Source: Atractiella rhizophila
Lineage: Eukaryota
Assembly (NCBI GenBank): GCA_021432655.1
Contig: MU271285.1
Coordinates: 62,001-107,138, forward strand
DNA length: 45,138 bases
Direction: 5' to 3'
A model generated the notes under the pieces. That model searched no databases, was not told the origin of the DNA, and saw only the letters and a list, made by a program, of their open reading frames with translations. The translations under genes were made by a program, and so were the position numbers. Positions within the stretch are counted from its first letter, which is position 1; every line of letters begins with the position of its first letter. Shown in pieces: positions 14,301 through 27,200 of this stretch.

Positions 14301-15910
14301 ATGAGCGGAGTCACTTTGATTTGGCCAACGTCCATTGATCCTGGGAGGTAAATACGCTCAGTCTCCCATCCATGCAAGAAAACCCCACTTCATAAAATGA
14401 TCTTCCCAAGCACGATAGACAAAGATACCTCTCAGATTATCACAGCTGAGGAAGTCGGAGCCAAATCGACGTATGGACCATGGCGTTATCATCATCTTCC
14501 CCTTCCCGACGCGGTGGAAGCTTTGAGAGAATTGGCGAATCCCGTGATCGAAGAGGTCGAGGACGTACAAATCCATTCCCTCACTGTTCAGCCAAATGTT
14601 GGTAGGGTCTCCGAGGATAGATACTCCATAAGAAAGTGGGTCATCAAGGGAGAAACTTGGCTTGGATGTTTCGTATTCGACGGTAACTTTTGTGATTCAC
14701 ACAACAGACTGATGCTGATCGGAGTTTATTCAGGTCATCTGGGTTCGCAGCTTGTGCAAAGTGCAATTGACGAAATCCCAGTTGCTGTGGAAGACAGTTT
14801 GACGACATACCTCTCCACTCGTTCTCCAGACCAACAGGACGAAGCTGCGATCGGAGCCTTGCTCAAGAAAGTAATTGTCGACTTCGATGCCAAAATCGAG
14901 AAAGATCTTCGCGCTCTATTTCCACTCGAGGAGCTCGCAACGCTCACGAAAGAGCAAATTGTGGAGAGGATCACGGCGAGCGAAACGAACAAGAATATTG
15001 TCGATCGCGCAATGTCAGGTTCGATGCTGGCGTGCGGCGTTCTGAATGTGGAGAAGAGGCAGCTATGGATTGCTACAGTTGGGGATTGTGAAGCTCGTAT
15101 GTTGTCATTGTGTGAAGGTTCTGCGATAGCTAAGAGGGGCTGCAGTCATCGGAACGAAGAAAGAAACGAAATGGGAGGCGGAGCTCGTGTGTCCTCTTGA
15201 CGATGAATGGAACGAGGCAGAACACGATCGAGTGCGAAAGGAGCATCCGGGCGAAGAAGATGTGGTAATTGCGCTCGATACCAGACCATGGATCCTCCTG
15301 TCCTCGCTCGCGGTGACGCGAGGTAAGCACCGTCTTTCCTCCGCATTGATCCCTCTAAGGAACGTGAGCAGTGTTGGGAAACATGACCTTCAAAGTCGAA
15401 GTCCCCTATGTTTCCCAGGTCTTCAGTGCCGCTGCCGCGGATGGGAAATGGTTCGAAAAGCTCGTTCCTAAACTGAAGACTCCTCCATATGCTAGTTCGG
15501 AACCACACATCAGTTACCGTCAACTCACAAGGGAGAATAGAGGAGGCCAATTTCTCCTCCTTATGTCCGACGGCGTGAGAGCAGGTTTCAACAGCAAGAA
15601 TACCGATTTTGATACTGTCACAACCGCTTTTGCTGGACTCGTGGGGAGGCAAATTGATTCCTGGAACGGAAACGGGGATGGTGAAGATGTTTACCACATT
15701 GAAACGGTCGAGAAAAGCTTTGGGACGATCCAGAAGAAGTATTTTGCCGACAAAGAGGAGAAGAATGTGGCTTTTAGTCTTTTAAAGAATCATTTCGGCG
15801 GACAAGAGGAGAAGCTGTTCTCCGCAAAACTTGCTTATTATGATATGGAAGGGAAATATGATACGAATAAGTGGATGGATGATACGACTATCGTCGCTGT
15901 CTTGTTCTGA
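14301..15910 (+). CDS. PP2C/PPM-family Ser/Thr protein phosphatase
   Basis: Metal-binding motifs SEDR, VFDG|HLG (joined only after removing the in-frame intron 14683-14733), VGDCE, MSDGV and MDDTT, plus RVRKEHPGE and LAVTR. Start is either ATG 14301 (with an intron at about 14348-14410) or ATG 14397. Confidence 0.88.
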
Positions 15911-16580
15911 AGCTGATGAAATGTAGATAGAATTCAATGTGTAGTAGCTAACCGCAGTAAAACTGCAAGAATATAACTTTTCCCTCTGTCGCATGCCACG
16001 TCTAACAAGTCAACGTTATCGCCTTTGAACGTGGGATGGTAAAAGATTGTGACCATGACAAGCGCTCTCGCTCCTTCACTGCATGCTTCAAAACTTACAA
16101 AGTTGAAGACACCACAGAAATGTCCTCTCCTTCAAACTGAGCACAAGCATGTTTTCAATCTATGTGAAAGAAGTTCATGGAAGCTTGACCAAACCTGACT
16201 GGAAGAAACAGAGTAGAATGATCATGGATCGTCCAAGCAGCGATAGTATTGAAAACGCAAAGGTGGTTGTGGTTATGACAGAGGCTGTATACTGGAAAGA
16301 GTTGCAGTTGTGTGGCACGTCTGGAAGCCTATAAGCCCGAAGATGAAGAGAACCACCCATTGCATTCATGTTTTGAAACGCACCATTTCTGGTTCTGCTT
16401 ATCACTCTCTGCTAATTATTACGGAGCCAGTTCTCATACCTTTCATGAGTCTGAGCACCAACGATCTCGGCATGATTGATCGAGCGCTGAGTCAGTCTGC
16501 ATCCTAAGTCGACCTTGCATTTTTACGACAGTGCATCCTTCTGGTTATCCCAGCTTCTCTTTGGTGGCCTACTGCACAGC

Positions 16581-19500
16581 ATGTCTACGACTCCAGCTAC
16601 GAGTAACGAAGAAGGCGAAACCTTCCTTTCTGCCTTCCACCACCGACGAGACTCTCAATCGTCCGCGAGGCGTTCTTCATTTGGAGCAAGTGGTATTTCA
16701 CTCCCTGGATCCATACGATCTACGCGCTCCAAGACGCTTCCTCGCACCCTTTCGGGCGAGTGGGAAACTCCAACTGACTCTCCAATTTCTACTCCAACCC
16801 TTACGGACCATGATGCTGAGACCCAGCCCTTGCTAGGTGGAGGAGGAGGAGGAACAATTAAAAAGCTCACTGATCCAGGCGGACCGCTGAGCTTAAGTAA
16901 AGGAAAGAGAAACATTATTCTGTTTGCCGTCTGGGGAGGGTTCTTTGGTCTGTCCTTTTCTTTTTTGTTCATTTTTGGTTGATGGTTGAAGGCTCCGAAT
17001 GCAGCTGCTGTAAGTTCTTCTATCTTTAATCCAACCCTTCTGCACTGTGTTCCCCGTGGCTTCACTCTTGTGCCTTTTTCCTCGTTACATTTTCAGTGTA
17101 CCGATACGTCGTTCCGTATTTGACGTCCTCCTTTTTCGACACTCTATTACCAACCTCTGATAGGTTCTATTCTATTCCAACAATTTTAATGGGTATTTGA
17201 AGATGTCAAAGAGCGATTCAAGTTAATGCAGTGTTGGTCCAGTTCATTTTCATGGCGCCATCAAAAGTGCCGTTTCTGCCGAAGTTTTGCGGTCCAACGG
17301 CATGTAGGTGTGTCCTCGCATTTTCTCCAAGACTCATGATGAAGAATATTATGAGACTTGAAACAGTTTAGCGCAGTCAGCTGTCAGGATCTTTCCAAGT
17401 TGCAAGATGAAGCACAACTCTCTTCTCTAACTCCCCCACGTCAAGGTGTACGTAACTAATCCCTACTTCTTCATGCAGGCATTAGACAGTACGTCTTACA
17501 TCTTCCCTCACAAGCAAACGACTCAAAGCTTTGCCTGTCAAAGTGACTTTAATGACCACCCTACTTCCTCTCGTCTCCTCCTCCTTCCAATCCGCCCACG
17601 AAGGCGCCTGGTTAGGGACGTCCTACCTTCTCTCTACGCTCACATTCACGCCGCTCTATGGACGATTGCTCAATATTATGGGAAGGAGAAATAGTAATAT
17701 GCTTGCCATGGGAACTTTCGCTGTAGGGACCGCCTTATGTGGAGTTTCTGGGAGCATGAAGTGAGCATTTCTATTCACCTCATTTGCTTGAGATTGAGCA
17801 CAAGCGCTCCAATTATTACAGTAACTAATTATGGATGCTTGCAGGTCATTAATAGCAGCCAGGTTTATTGCTGGGATGGGAGGTGGAGGAATGACAACCA
17901 CGGCCTCAGTGATCAGTAGTGACTTGTTTACTATCAAAGGCAGGGGCATAGCAGGGATCTTTAGCACTGTGCTTTATCCCATCCCTCTACTGAACCAGAC
18001 CTGATTGATAACAACAGGTGTTCTGGGCCACTGGCGCTGCTTTGGGCGGACCGTTAGGCGGTTTCCTCGCAGATTCGGTTGGTTGGAGGTTCGCGTTCCT
18101 CGTCCAGATCCCCTTCCTAGGTATGTAGAATTGCATCTTATTGAAAGAGCTTGCAATGGTCGAGTTCTGATCCATCTGTGCACTCCCAGTTCTCTTTTCG
18201 GTCGTGGCTTTTGTCTCAATCGACTACAAGCTCCCGAACCAAGGAGATAAGAAGCAGACCCCGCGTGAAATCATCAAACGTGTCGACTGGCTCGGATCGC
18301 TCACTTTGTTTTGCGGATTCCTTGGACTGTTAATCGGATTGAGCGAAAAGAATAGCGAGGAGCTGCCCGTACGTCCTCTTTCTTCAGCTCGAGAACGCTA
18401 GTCAAAACAGAGCCTCGATGCAGTTTTCCGAGCCCAAAGTCTACGTTCCCTTCATCCTTGCTGCCTTCTTCTTCTCCCTCTTTCTCGTCATCGAGGCGTT
18501 CTGGGTCAGGGAACCTATTTTCCCAATTCCCGCATTGAAGAGTAAGACGAGGGTTTTCACCGGATTTATGCAGTTCTTCACTGCCATCAGTAACTTCATA
18601 GTCGTAAGGCGATCCCTCGCCATAGTCTTCGAAATAGCTGACGGGATTGATAGATCTACCATTTCCCACTGTGGTATATGGTGATGGAAGGCGCAAGCGG
18701 CTCTGAAGCTGGTAAGCCGAAACAAGATGCCTGAAGGGTACAGTCAAATAAAATTCGCGTCTGTAGGTCTGCATATGCTCCCTCAATCGATTGGTACGAC
18801 CCTCGGTAGCGCTTTTGGAGGTTGGATTATTTAGTGAGGACTTCCTCTTATCAGTGGCGCTCATGTTGAGTCATTATATAGTAAAACAGGGCGGTATTGG
18901 TGCGTTCCTGTCGTTGGGATGATCTGTGACATGCTGATGGCCGCGTGAAGGTGGGTTTCAGTACTATCTGGCCTGCTGCCGATTTGGTCAGCATACCTCA
19001 TAACCAGCCTTGAAACCGATTCGCCTGCTATTCAACGTTGGTTGGCAATCGTAAATTGCTACGCACTCCCCAGAAATATTTCTGACCAGAAGGTACAGTT
19101 CCCCAGTGGTTTCGGTTATTCTTGCATGATGTCCGGCTCCTTCAGTACGTCGCTCCTGTTCAACATGTGATTGAAAGCTCAGCTCATACCACAGTCGGAC
19201 TGTTGGCTTCCGTACCACGTTCGTATTTTATCGCTTACATTTCACTTCCTATCTGACATTCGTGCCAGATTCCCAAATCCCTGTCATTACAGGTCAGTCT
19301 AAACACTTATTGGCGGAGATTTACCAAAACTGAACCTGATTTGCAGGCTCCAACTTCATATTTAGAGGATTTGGTAAGCTCTGACCGTAGCAAGCTGGAA
19401 TTAGGAGAATGATTCGTGCTTAGGACAAACTCTTGGAGTTGGACTTGGTGGTGCACTTCTTCAAAGCACGCTTTCTCGTGAACTGGAGGCTCGGATTCAA

Positions 19501-19845
19501 GGACCTGACAGTGAAGAAGTGTGTCCCTTTCTCCTTTGTCTATGCAGCAGTGAATACTGAGGCGTTTGGTAGCTCATAACGAGGATTCGACACGACACTG
19601 CATTTATTAGAGAGCTCCCATTCGAACTTAAGACTGAAGCCCTGGCAAGCTATAGAATAGCCTTGAAGAGCGTTTTTGCCTGCGCCATGATAACTGCGAC
19701 CTTAGATTGGTTGTGTTGCTTGAATGTGGGTTGTTGACTTTCTATTTTCTCACCCGTCAGCTGGATTTAATGTGTTTCGTAGATTGGAGAGCATTCACTG
19801 GAGGAAGAAGACCGTCCTCAGGATCCTCAAGAAGAAGAGAACTAG
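16581..19845 (+). CDS. MFS transporter, DHA2/Vba-like (vacuolar basic amino acid/drug family), about 18 introns
   Basis: The spliced frame gives WGGFFAAALDMTLMTT, WLGTSYLL...TPLYGRLLNIMGRR, ARFIAGMGGGG, GGPLGGFLADSVGWRFAFLVQIP and VDWLGS. N-terminal dileucine motif ETQPLL suggests vacuolar sorting. Stop TAG 19843-19845. Confidence 0.9.
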
Positions 19846-20323
19846 AATGTTAACAGCGATTTCAAAGCCGATTTTTTTTCACCCCTCTTGAGTTATTTGA
19901 TGATTTCATCGGGAACGCCAACTCTACGACTAACGACAACATTTCACTTGCAATACCTTCATATGCATATCTATTTTCAATGTACAGTCACAAGTATAAA
20001 GGCTACGCAAAACATTTCGTGACAAGCATTCTGCAAGGAAGGATTTTTCTTTAGACTGAGATGTTCTCATGACCGTCCTTCTTACTCTGACGTTTGGCTG
20101 GGAAGGAACGTAAAATTGCATTCGATATACCAAGCAAGTAAGCAAAGCAGTATGTGCAGAGAAAGGAAAGCCATTGCAAAGACTGTGACAAATGTAGCGG
20201 AATCTTTGACCGTGATTGAAACGTTAGCGTAATTGCATAGTCGTGAATGAAATGCTGAACGTGCACTGCTATCAAACGATGATACTGATGTGACTGGAAA
20301 TAAAATTGGGAAGGTTACTTGTT

Positions 20324-22625
20324 TTAATCTTCGGCGCCAGTTGCTTCTTCTTCTTGCGTTTGGTCTCCCCCATCTTCAGTTTCTTCGTCCGAATCTTCCA
20401 CCTCCAACTTCTTGTATTCTGGAACATTTCGCGCCATAGTTCTAGAAATAACTTGGTGCAGTGTAGCCATGTCTTGTGGAGTCTGGATGGTCTTAGGATC
20501 AAGCAAAGCGATCCATGCTCTTGAGCGCGAAACTCGTCCCTGAAATATCCCCATCAACTAAGTACCAAAGACCAAGCTTAGTTGAATGCTGACCCAATTT
20601 GCTATGAGATAGTCAATTTCCATCTCTTTCACGGCTTCAAAACGTGCAGAGAAGGGACTGAAAATCTCGAAGGTGACGTTCTGAGGAGTCAGGGAATTGA
20701 GAAGGTGGTCAAGTGCAATCGTCTTCAGATCTTGAATGCCGTAGGCTACAAACAGGTTAAGTAGAAATCCCAGATGTGTTCAAAAGAAGGCCGACCAGTA
20801 GCAACACGGTAAATGCTCTTTGGCGAGCAGGGTAACGGGCATGTCGTCCACTCCAAGCCGTGCTCGTCTTTTTCAATTGCATTCTTGAAGATGTTTCTCA
20901 CCGAAGCAAAGTTTGCTCCAGGATCTTCAGATGTCGATTTAAAGATTTTGGCTCTTTCTCGAGAACGCAAAGGAGCGAATTCAATCAAGCTGCTCATGTA
21001 ATAGGTTAGTTCCAGTCAAAAGGAGTAAGAGGAACTGTACCCCGAAAGGAGCCAGAACAACAGAGCCTGCGCCCCGTTCATGTCAGGAAGAGCACTGGAA
21101 ACAGACAACCCACTTTATATGTAGAATAGTTCGCATCCTTGATAACAATCTTCCGGATATGAGCTCGATAGGGCCGGGGTTTCTGTGTCTCAAGTTAGAA
21201 AGCAAGGCTGTCGTAAAAGCCAGACGTGCATATTGCGACCTGTATCTCTCATCAATTTCATTGTCTGAGTCCTGGTGAAGAGTGTCGATGCAGTATGGCG
21301 CCATGGGCACTGCAGACGGCGGTGTTGGAGTGGGAGTCGCGGGCTGAGCATCAGCAGCTTCTCCATCATCCAATTCAATCTCTTCTGCGATTCAAGTCTT
21401 AGCTCTCACCAAGTCAAAAAAAGAAGGCACCTTTGGTCGTTGCGTCCACTTCAGCTGGTTGATCCGATGTTGGCTCCGCTGGAGTCTCCATCTCAGCTGG
21501 TAACAATTCAGAAACACCCTCTAGAAAGTAAAGCTTGTCCAACCTTCTGGTGTGTCATCCTTCTGCTCTTCGGCAGCTTCCGGTTCACTAGCTGGGAGTC
21601 GATTGGTGGGAAGTGGATCGAACACTAGAGCATTGTCAAGGAATTTGCTTCACCGAAGACAGACAGAATGGGAACCCACTCTCTTTAAAATAGGTCGAGC
21701 AGGCCATCAGCTGTTTCTTCGCGGCATATATCTTCATTCCCTTCCCATCTTGGCCTTCTGGAGCAGGAAATATGAACGCTAGGTCAGAAGTATTGGGATC
21801 ATCAAATGTTGCTAGCAACGCTTGAACTCGCTTAGTCGATGTGACAAGCTTTTCTTCACGAATCGCCATCGCGTCCTCGGATGGATGTTCGACGATGTGA
21901 ACTTCGACATGTAGTTCGTTCTATTTGAAAGATTGGACTTGGATCATGAATGTATGCGAGATGTGAGATCACCTGCAAAATAACCTCGCGATTGTAGCAC
22001 CAACCATCTTCCACGATGTCATTATCTCCCCAAACCGCTTCATCACCAATCATTCAATTCCAATCTTAGAGAAAACCACGTAAAGACGTACCAGATTCAG
22101 GGGAGAAGGTTTCTTTGGATGCCGAGCTCTGTCCCAACCGCTGACCACTAGGGGTTTTCACCTTCGTAGAATGTCAGAAGTCACCTTGCCTTGAAACAGA
22201 GAAGAAACGGGAAACCCACGACAAGGTAATATTCTACGATCCGCCTCCATTCCCCTCGTGCCTGTTCCAACGCAGACGGTACGGCCTTAAGCCATAGATT
22301 AAGGTATCGATTTGGCTTCGATTCGAGCTCTACCTGTATACCGATTCCATTTCGCATGAACGACACTGCACCAAAGGACAACGAACCTGCCACCTCTTCT
22401 CATTAAATGATGGAGAAACAATGATGGAGTTCTTCTTCGTCAGCCTTTTCACCTTCGTTTAAACAAACGACATTCGCTTAAGCTACAGAACAAGGAGTGA
22501 GATAAAGGGCCAAACATTAGGGACGGTCCATGTGTAATCCGTCTAGTCAACTACGTAAGGGATTGGATTCAAAGATCGGCTTAAATACGAACCCTGACGG
22601 TAAGTCGCCCTTGAGACACCGACAT
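20324..22625 (-). CDS. MATH-like + BTB/POZ + BACK-like protein (putative Cul3 substrate adaptor), multi-exon
   Basis: ATG at 22625 then spliced MSVSQGRLTVR|TDYTWTVPN|...SPSFNEKRWQ|VEL...YLNLWL (MATH-like). BTB: SDLAFIF...IYAAKKQLMACSTYFK, IVIKDANYSTYK|ALLFWL, IEFAPLRS, PCSPKSIYRVA. Then LTPQNVTFEIFSPF and an acidic tail. Confidence 0.82.
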
Positions 22626-24281
22626 TTCCACTTATCGTTACGATAGCACTAATAAAACAAGGAAGTTAGCAAGACTACACTTTGAGCGCGGTAGGCACTC
22701 GGGAAGCGCCGGCGATCGGCCAGCTTGGCGAGGACACATGCATCGTCTGGCGTTTGGAAGAGCTGATATCGCCCACTTGAAAAGATCGTCGAAACGAAAC
22801 AAGGAATAGACTACGTCATCCTCTCGAATCCTGTAAAGCTCAACGACCCTTTGATTACTCCTTTCTAGTATCAATGACAGACGCGAGAGTATCGTCAAAC
22901 TCTGGTCCTGTCACTTCATATTCAAGGCATATTTATGACAGTAGCACTCGTGAGCTTGTACGAAACACGCGATTACCAGAGGTTGCCTTGTGAAGCGCAT
23001 GATGCATCAAATCAGCTCGCCCCAGTACTCAAGCTGCTAGATCCTAACCAGGATAGTAAACATAAGCGATGCATTCCCCAAGGGTTCGTGGTCAGGGTCA
23101 TGCACCGCGCAAGAAGAGCTGTGGCGTCTTTGTGGAGAACAGGCGCAAAGGGAAAAATAATCTGGATTCCCAACCGTTCCCAGCCCCAAAAGATCACACA
23201 CGCACCTGAAATTATCACTGATTATGATTATGGTATCACAACGCGCCTACTCTTGCAATCCCCACCTAATTATGCGATCCAAGAAGAAGCAATTGTCGTG
23301 TTTTTTGTTTGGCCTTGTCACCCTTCTGATTGGACGTGTTTGGGTATATAGGTCATGTGACTCTTTTCAACTGCATATGGATTGGAAGTTATGCTGTCAT
23401 ACTGACCCCTTTCGTTCCAAATTTTCAATTTGTCACGCGTCACAGAGAGCAGTTCCATTGACTTTTTAAAGTGTCACACTGGGTTGTAACTTTCTTTGAC
23501 TCAAAGGGTACAGAAAAGCTCCCATGCTGTATTTACCCCAGGAACAATTCCAATTTGCTGAAACTTTTCAGTTCATAGTTTTCCTGTCACGATTCGGATC
23601 GATTCCAGTTCATCGAAATAGTATGTGCGGTACATATAAAGGTGAAGCTAAGTGAGCTTAGGGAGAGGATGAGATAGGGAATGACACACATTGGCGGGAT
23701 TGGAGCGTCTTTTGTCACCCTATTTCTTTGCATGATGAAGACTCGGACATGTTTGGATTTGATGGGACGAAATCGTATTGTACTGATATCTAAACATCTG
23801 CCCGCCAAAGAGCCTATAGATAAACACGGAAGTGAAACTACTCCTCTACACGAGAAGACTAATAGCAAGAAGGTAAAGGTAGTACTTTGACGATCAACCC
23901 AGCAAACCTGCGTAAAGAGAGAATCCACAGAAAGGGCTACAAAAAAACCTTGATGAGGAGATGGTGGGTTAGTTGAGAGAAGCTAAGGAGATGATGAAAT
24001 GCTAAAGTATATCTTGAAGTGAAAGAACAATGAACGCAACATTGAAACCTGGCATTTTTATTCCAAACGACGAAAACCTCTGGTCGGATGAATCGTCCTG
24101 AGCTGAAGAAACCAGAGTCGATATCCGCAAAAAGAGTCCAATTGGGAGAGAGAAAGGACGATATTAGGAATGGACAGGAGATGCAAATGAAACGCAATTT
24201 TGGAGCCATGAAAAAATATACAGGTCCCCCCAAGCCGCGCCATAGTCCAAGTGGCGAGGAATGACCGGAAAACGAAGACCT

Positions 24282-27200
24282 CTATGATCCGCTACGATCA
24301 GAACCCAATAATAATTGCTCATACAGGCCTGCAGCGGACGTCTCGCTCTTCATCTGCAAGTGAACAACGTGAGGAGGGAGGGAATTCGGACATTTCATCA
24401 GCACCATGGAGACCACCGGGAATCGACCTCTCACCTGAAGCATATAAACAATTCCAGTCCTATTCCCTTTATCACTCAGCTCGATGGCCACTCCCACTTT
24501 TCCAACCCTTTCCACTCCATCCGTTAAAACCATCGTCGAGATCAATACCGTCTTATCGTTTTCGACTACCAGCTGCTTCTGATTCGTTGGCGACTGAAGG
24601 TACAACTTGAGACTAGCAGCACCAAGGCTCTTCCAATTCTGGAAGCTTTGCTGAAAGAACACTTTACAGCGCATTTGAGCGGCAAGGGTGTTCGTGACTG
24701 GTCTCGTATCCTCCGTAGGGCTGCCAGGTGGACTATCATAGTCGTCTCCATTAGTGAACCGTTGACTGCTCTTCCGACTCCTCCGTCCACGACTCGAATT
24801 TGAATGAGAGCTCATGGTCCGACCTCCATGAGGCATTGAATTCGCTCGACTATCTTTCATCGAACCTGTCCCCGAGCCGTGATCGGATCCAGGACCATGT
24901 CGATAAGGGTCTGCTGATCGTGCACGATGCACAGGGTCTTGCGGATACCCCTGTCCAGGGTGTGGAGGATAAGGCGATTGACCAGGCATCGGAGGAGCGT
25001 TGTAGTTGTGATTTGACGATCGTGTGCTTCCCAAAGAGTGCGACGAAGGACTCTTACGCAGCATATGTTGCCCATTCCATTGCTGTTGTTCCGGTGGAAT
25101 AGGAGGCACAGGTATTTGAGAATAAGGGCCAGAAGGGCCTGGGCGACCTGGAAGACCTTGATACCCACCGGGAGGTGGAGGACGAGGAGGCATTCCGTTC
25201 TGGTACGGTGGACCTGGTGGCGGACGATATCCAGGGTTCGGGGAGTTTGACATGGAACCGGGATAATGTGGTCGATTGGGAAATCCACCCATCGACGCAT
25301 TAGGAGAGGGAGGAAGTTGGAATCCCATTTGGGATGGATTGGGAGATGGAGGTCCATGATTGAATCCCATGGATTGCGGATTGGGAGAAGGAGGAAGCGG
25401 AGGAAGGCTGTTCGGATCCAGTGGCGCGCTCGCTGCTCGCATTGGGCGACCCGGAGCGGGGGTAAGAAACTCGCCATGCCCTGTCTCGCTGTGGGGGGAG
25501 CGGCTGGGGGAACGAGAGTTTGATGGGTCCGGAGAAGGAGGGAAGAAGGAGCCGTGGACAGGAGATGACGGGAAACCAGGTGATGTCGGACTGCGCTGTG
25601 GAGAGAGGGAGTCTTTTGCTGATTCATTCACAAGCAGCGATCAGCAACGTCCGAATGTTCTAAGGAGGTAAGGTGAAAATATACCTCCTGTAAACCTAAC
25701 ACAGTCATCGAAAGCTCTTAACCATTCCTCCCTTTCCATCCTCGCCTCTCTGTCTTGGACCTTCAACTCGACCTTCAGTCTCTCCTTTCTCATAATCACG
25801 ACCTCCAGCTCATTGTCCATCATCCCTTCCCTCATCTCCGCTCTCAGGTGTTTACCAGCGAGCGGAGGGAACAGGAGGTACATGTCCATTCCTCCACTCA
25901 TCGACATTCTCTCTTGAGGTATCCTCTCACATACCAGGAATAAGTCTGTCAGTATGAATATGTACGCTTGCCTATAGACGATTTGTCGAGCTGACGGATC
26001 AGAAAGAGGCGTGAATGATATGATACAATCGCCTTGTTTACGAATCGAACGGTTATATTGAAGTGTCGGAGGGTTCATTTGGAGTTTGCACTTCTACTCT
26101 CACGCATCCACATTTCATTATCACATACGGTTGGCAGGAAAAACGAACCTTCGGCTGCATAGTAAAGATATCCATCGTCATCCCCGTATCCAATCTCCTC
26201 TCCAAATCCTCCACCCTAGCATCACTCCCGGTTCCTGGGACGGTCAAAGAACCAGTGAAAGTAGACGAGTTACTCGAAAACCGATCTCGATCGCTCGAAA
26301 ACCGTCCTGCCTCGGAGCTCATGTGTCCAAAGTCACTCCCACTCCCGACGAATTTACTCCTCGTGCTCCCCGTCTTCGCGCTGCTCTGGCTCTCTCGACC
26401 CTTGGCATCCTTCTCAAAATCAAAGTCAAGGTCCAATTTAGATTCATTGTTCATGTTCGAATCGCCAGACCAGATGACTACGGACTCGTGGGATTCTTGC
26501 TGTCTCGGCGCTCCACCTTCGCCATCGATGTAGTTGGATGAAGCGTTGGAGAGGGTTTTAGATGGATTATCTTGTCCGCGACGAAGGGAGAGCGTTGGCA
26601 TCCTTCCTATCTTTCCTCTCTCCTCCGTCCCATTATCCCACACGCTCTTCGTCTTCGCAGACTCAAACTCCTCCACCAACACCCTCAACTTCTCGCACGT
26701 TCCCAATAGAAGCTTATGGTCCGACCTCCCTTCCTTCGTACTCTTCAACAACCTCCCATAAAGCTTCTGATAATAGAGTAATCTCGACATTGGGAGCGTG
26801 AAGAGGGACGTCATAGTCAACCTCTCGCTTTCTCCTCCGCCATCCGACACCCTCAACAACGGGGTCCGAATCTCCAAAACCTCCAAAATCCCCTTAAGTT
26901 TCTCATTATCGCCCACTCCCTTAGCCTCTTCCCAACCCCCGAATCCACACCAAACCCGTCCAAACTTGCGATAGCTCTCCTCCATTTGGCCCACCCATCG
27001 CATCAACAGATCGCCTAACTCCTTCGGCTGACTTGGGGTCGTCCCGATCGCGTTCAAGGAGGCGAGTAAAGTCTTGTGGAGACGGTACAGAGACTCGGTC
27101 GATCGAAAGTGCTGGTCCAGAAGTGGAGGTGGAAGGTTGTCCATAGAGTACGCAGCGGCCACTTTCTGCATTCCCAGCCCACATCACACAGAGAGAAGTG

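Noticed and set aside
22935..24243. Short ORFs between the BTB and RhoGEF genes (e.g. 138 aa at 22935-23351)
   Set aside because: No recognisable motifs. The sequence fits promoter plus 3'UTR.
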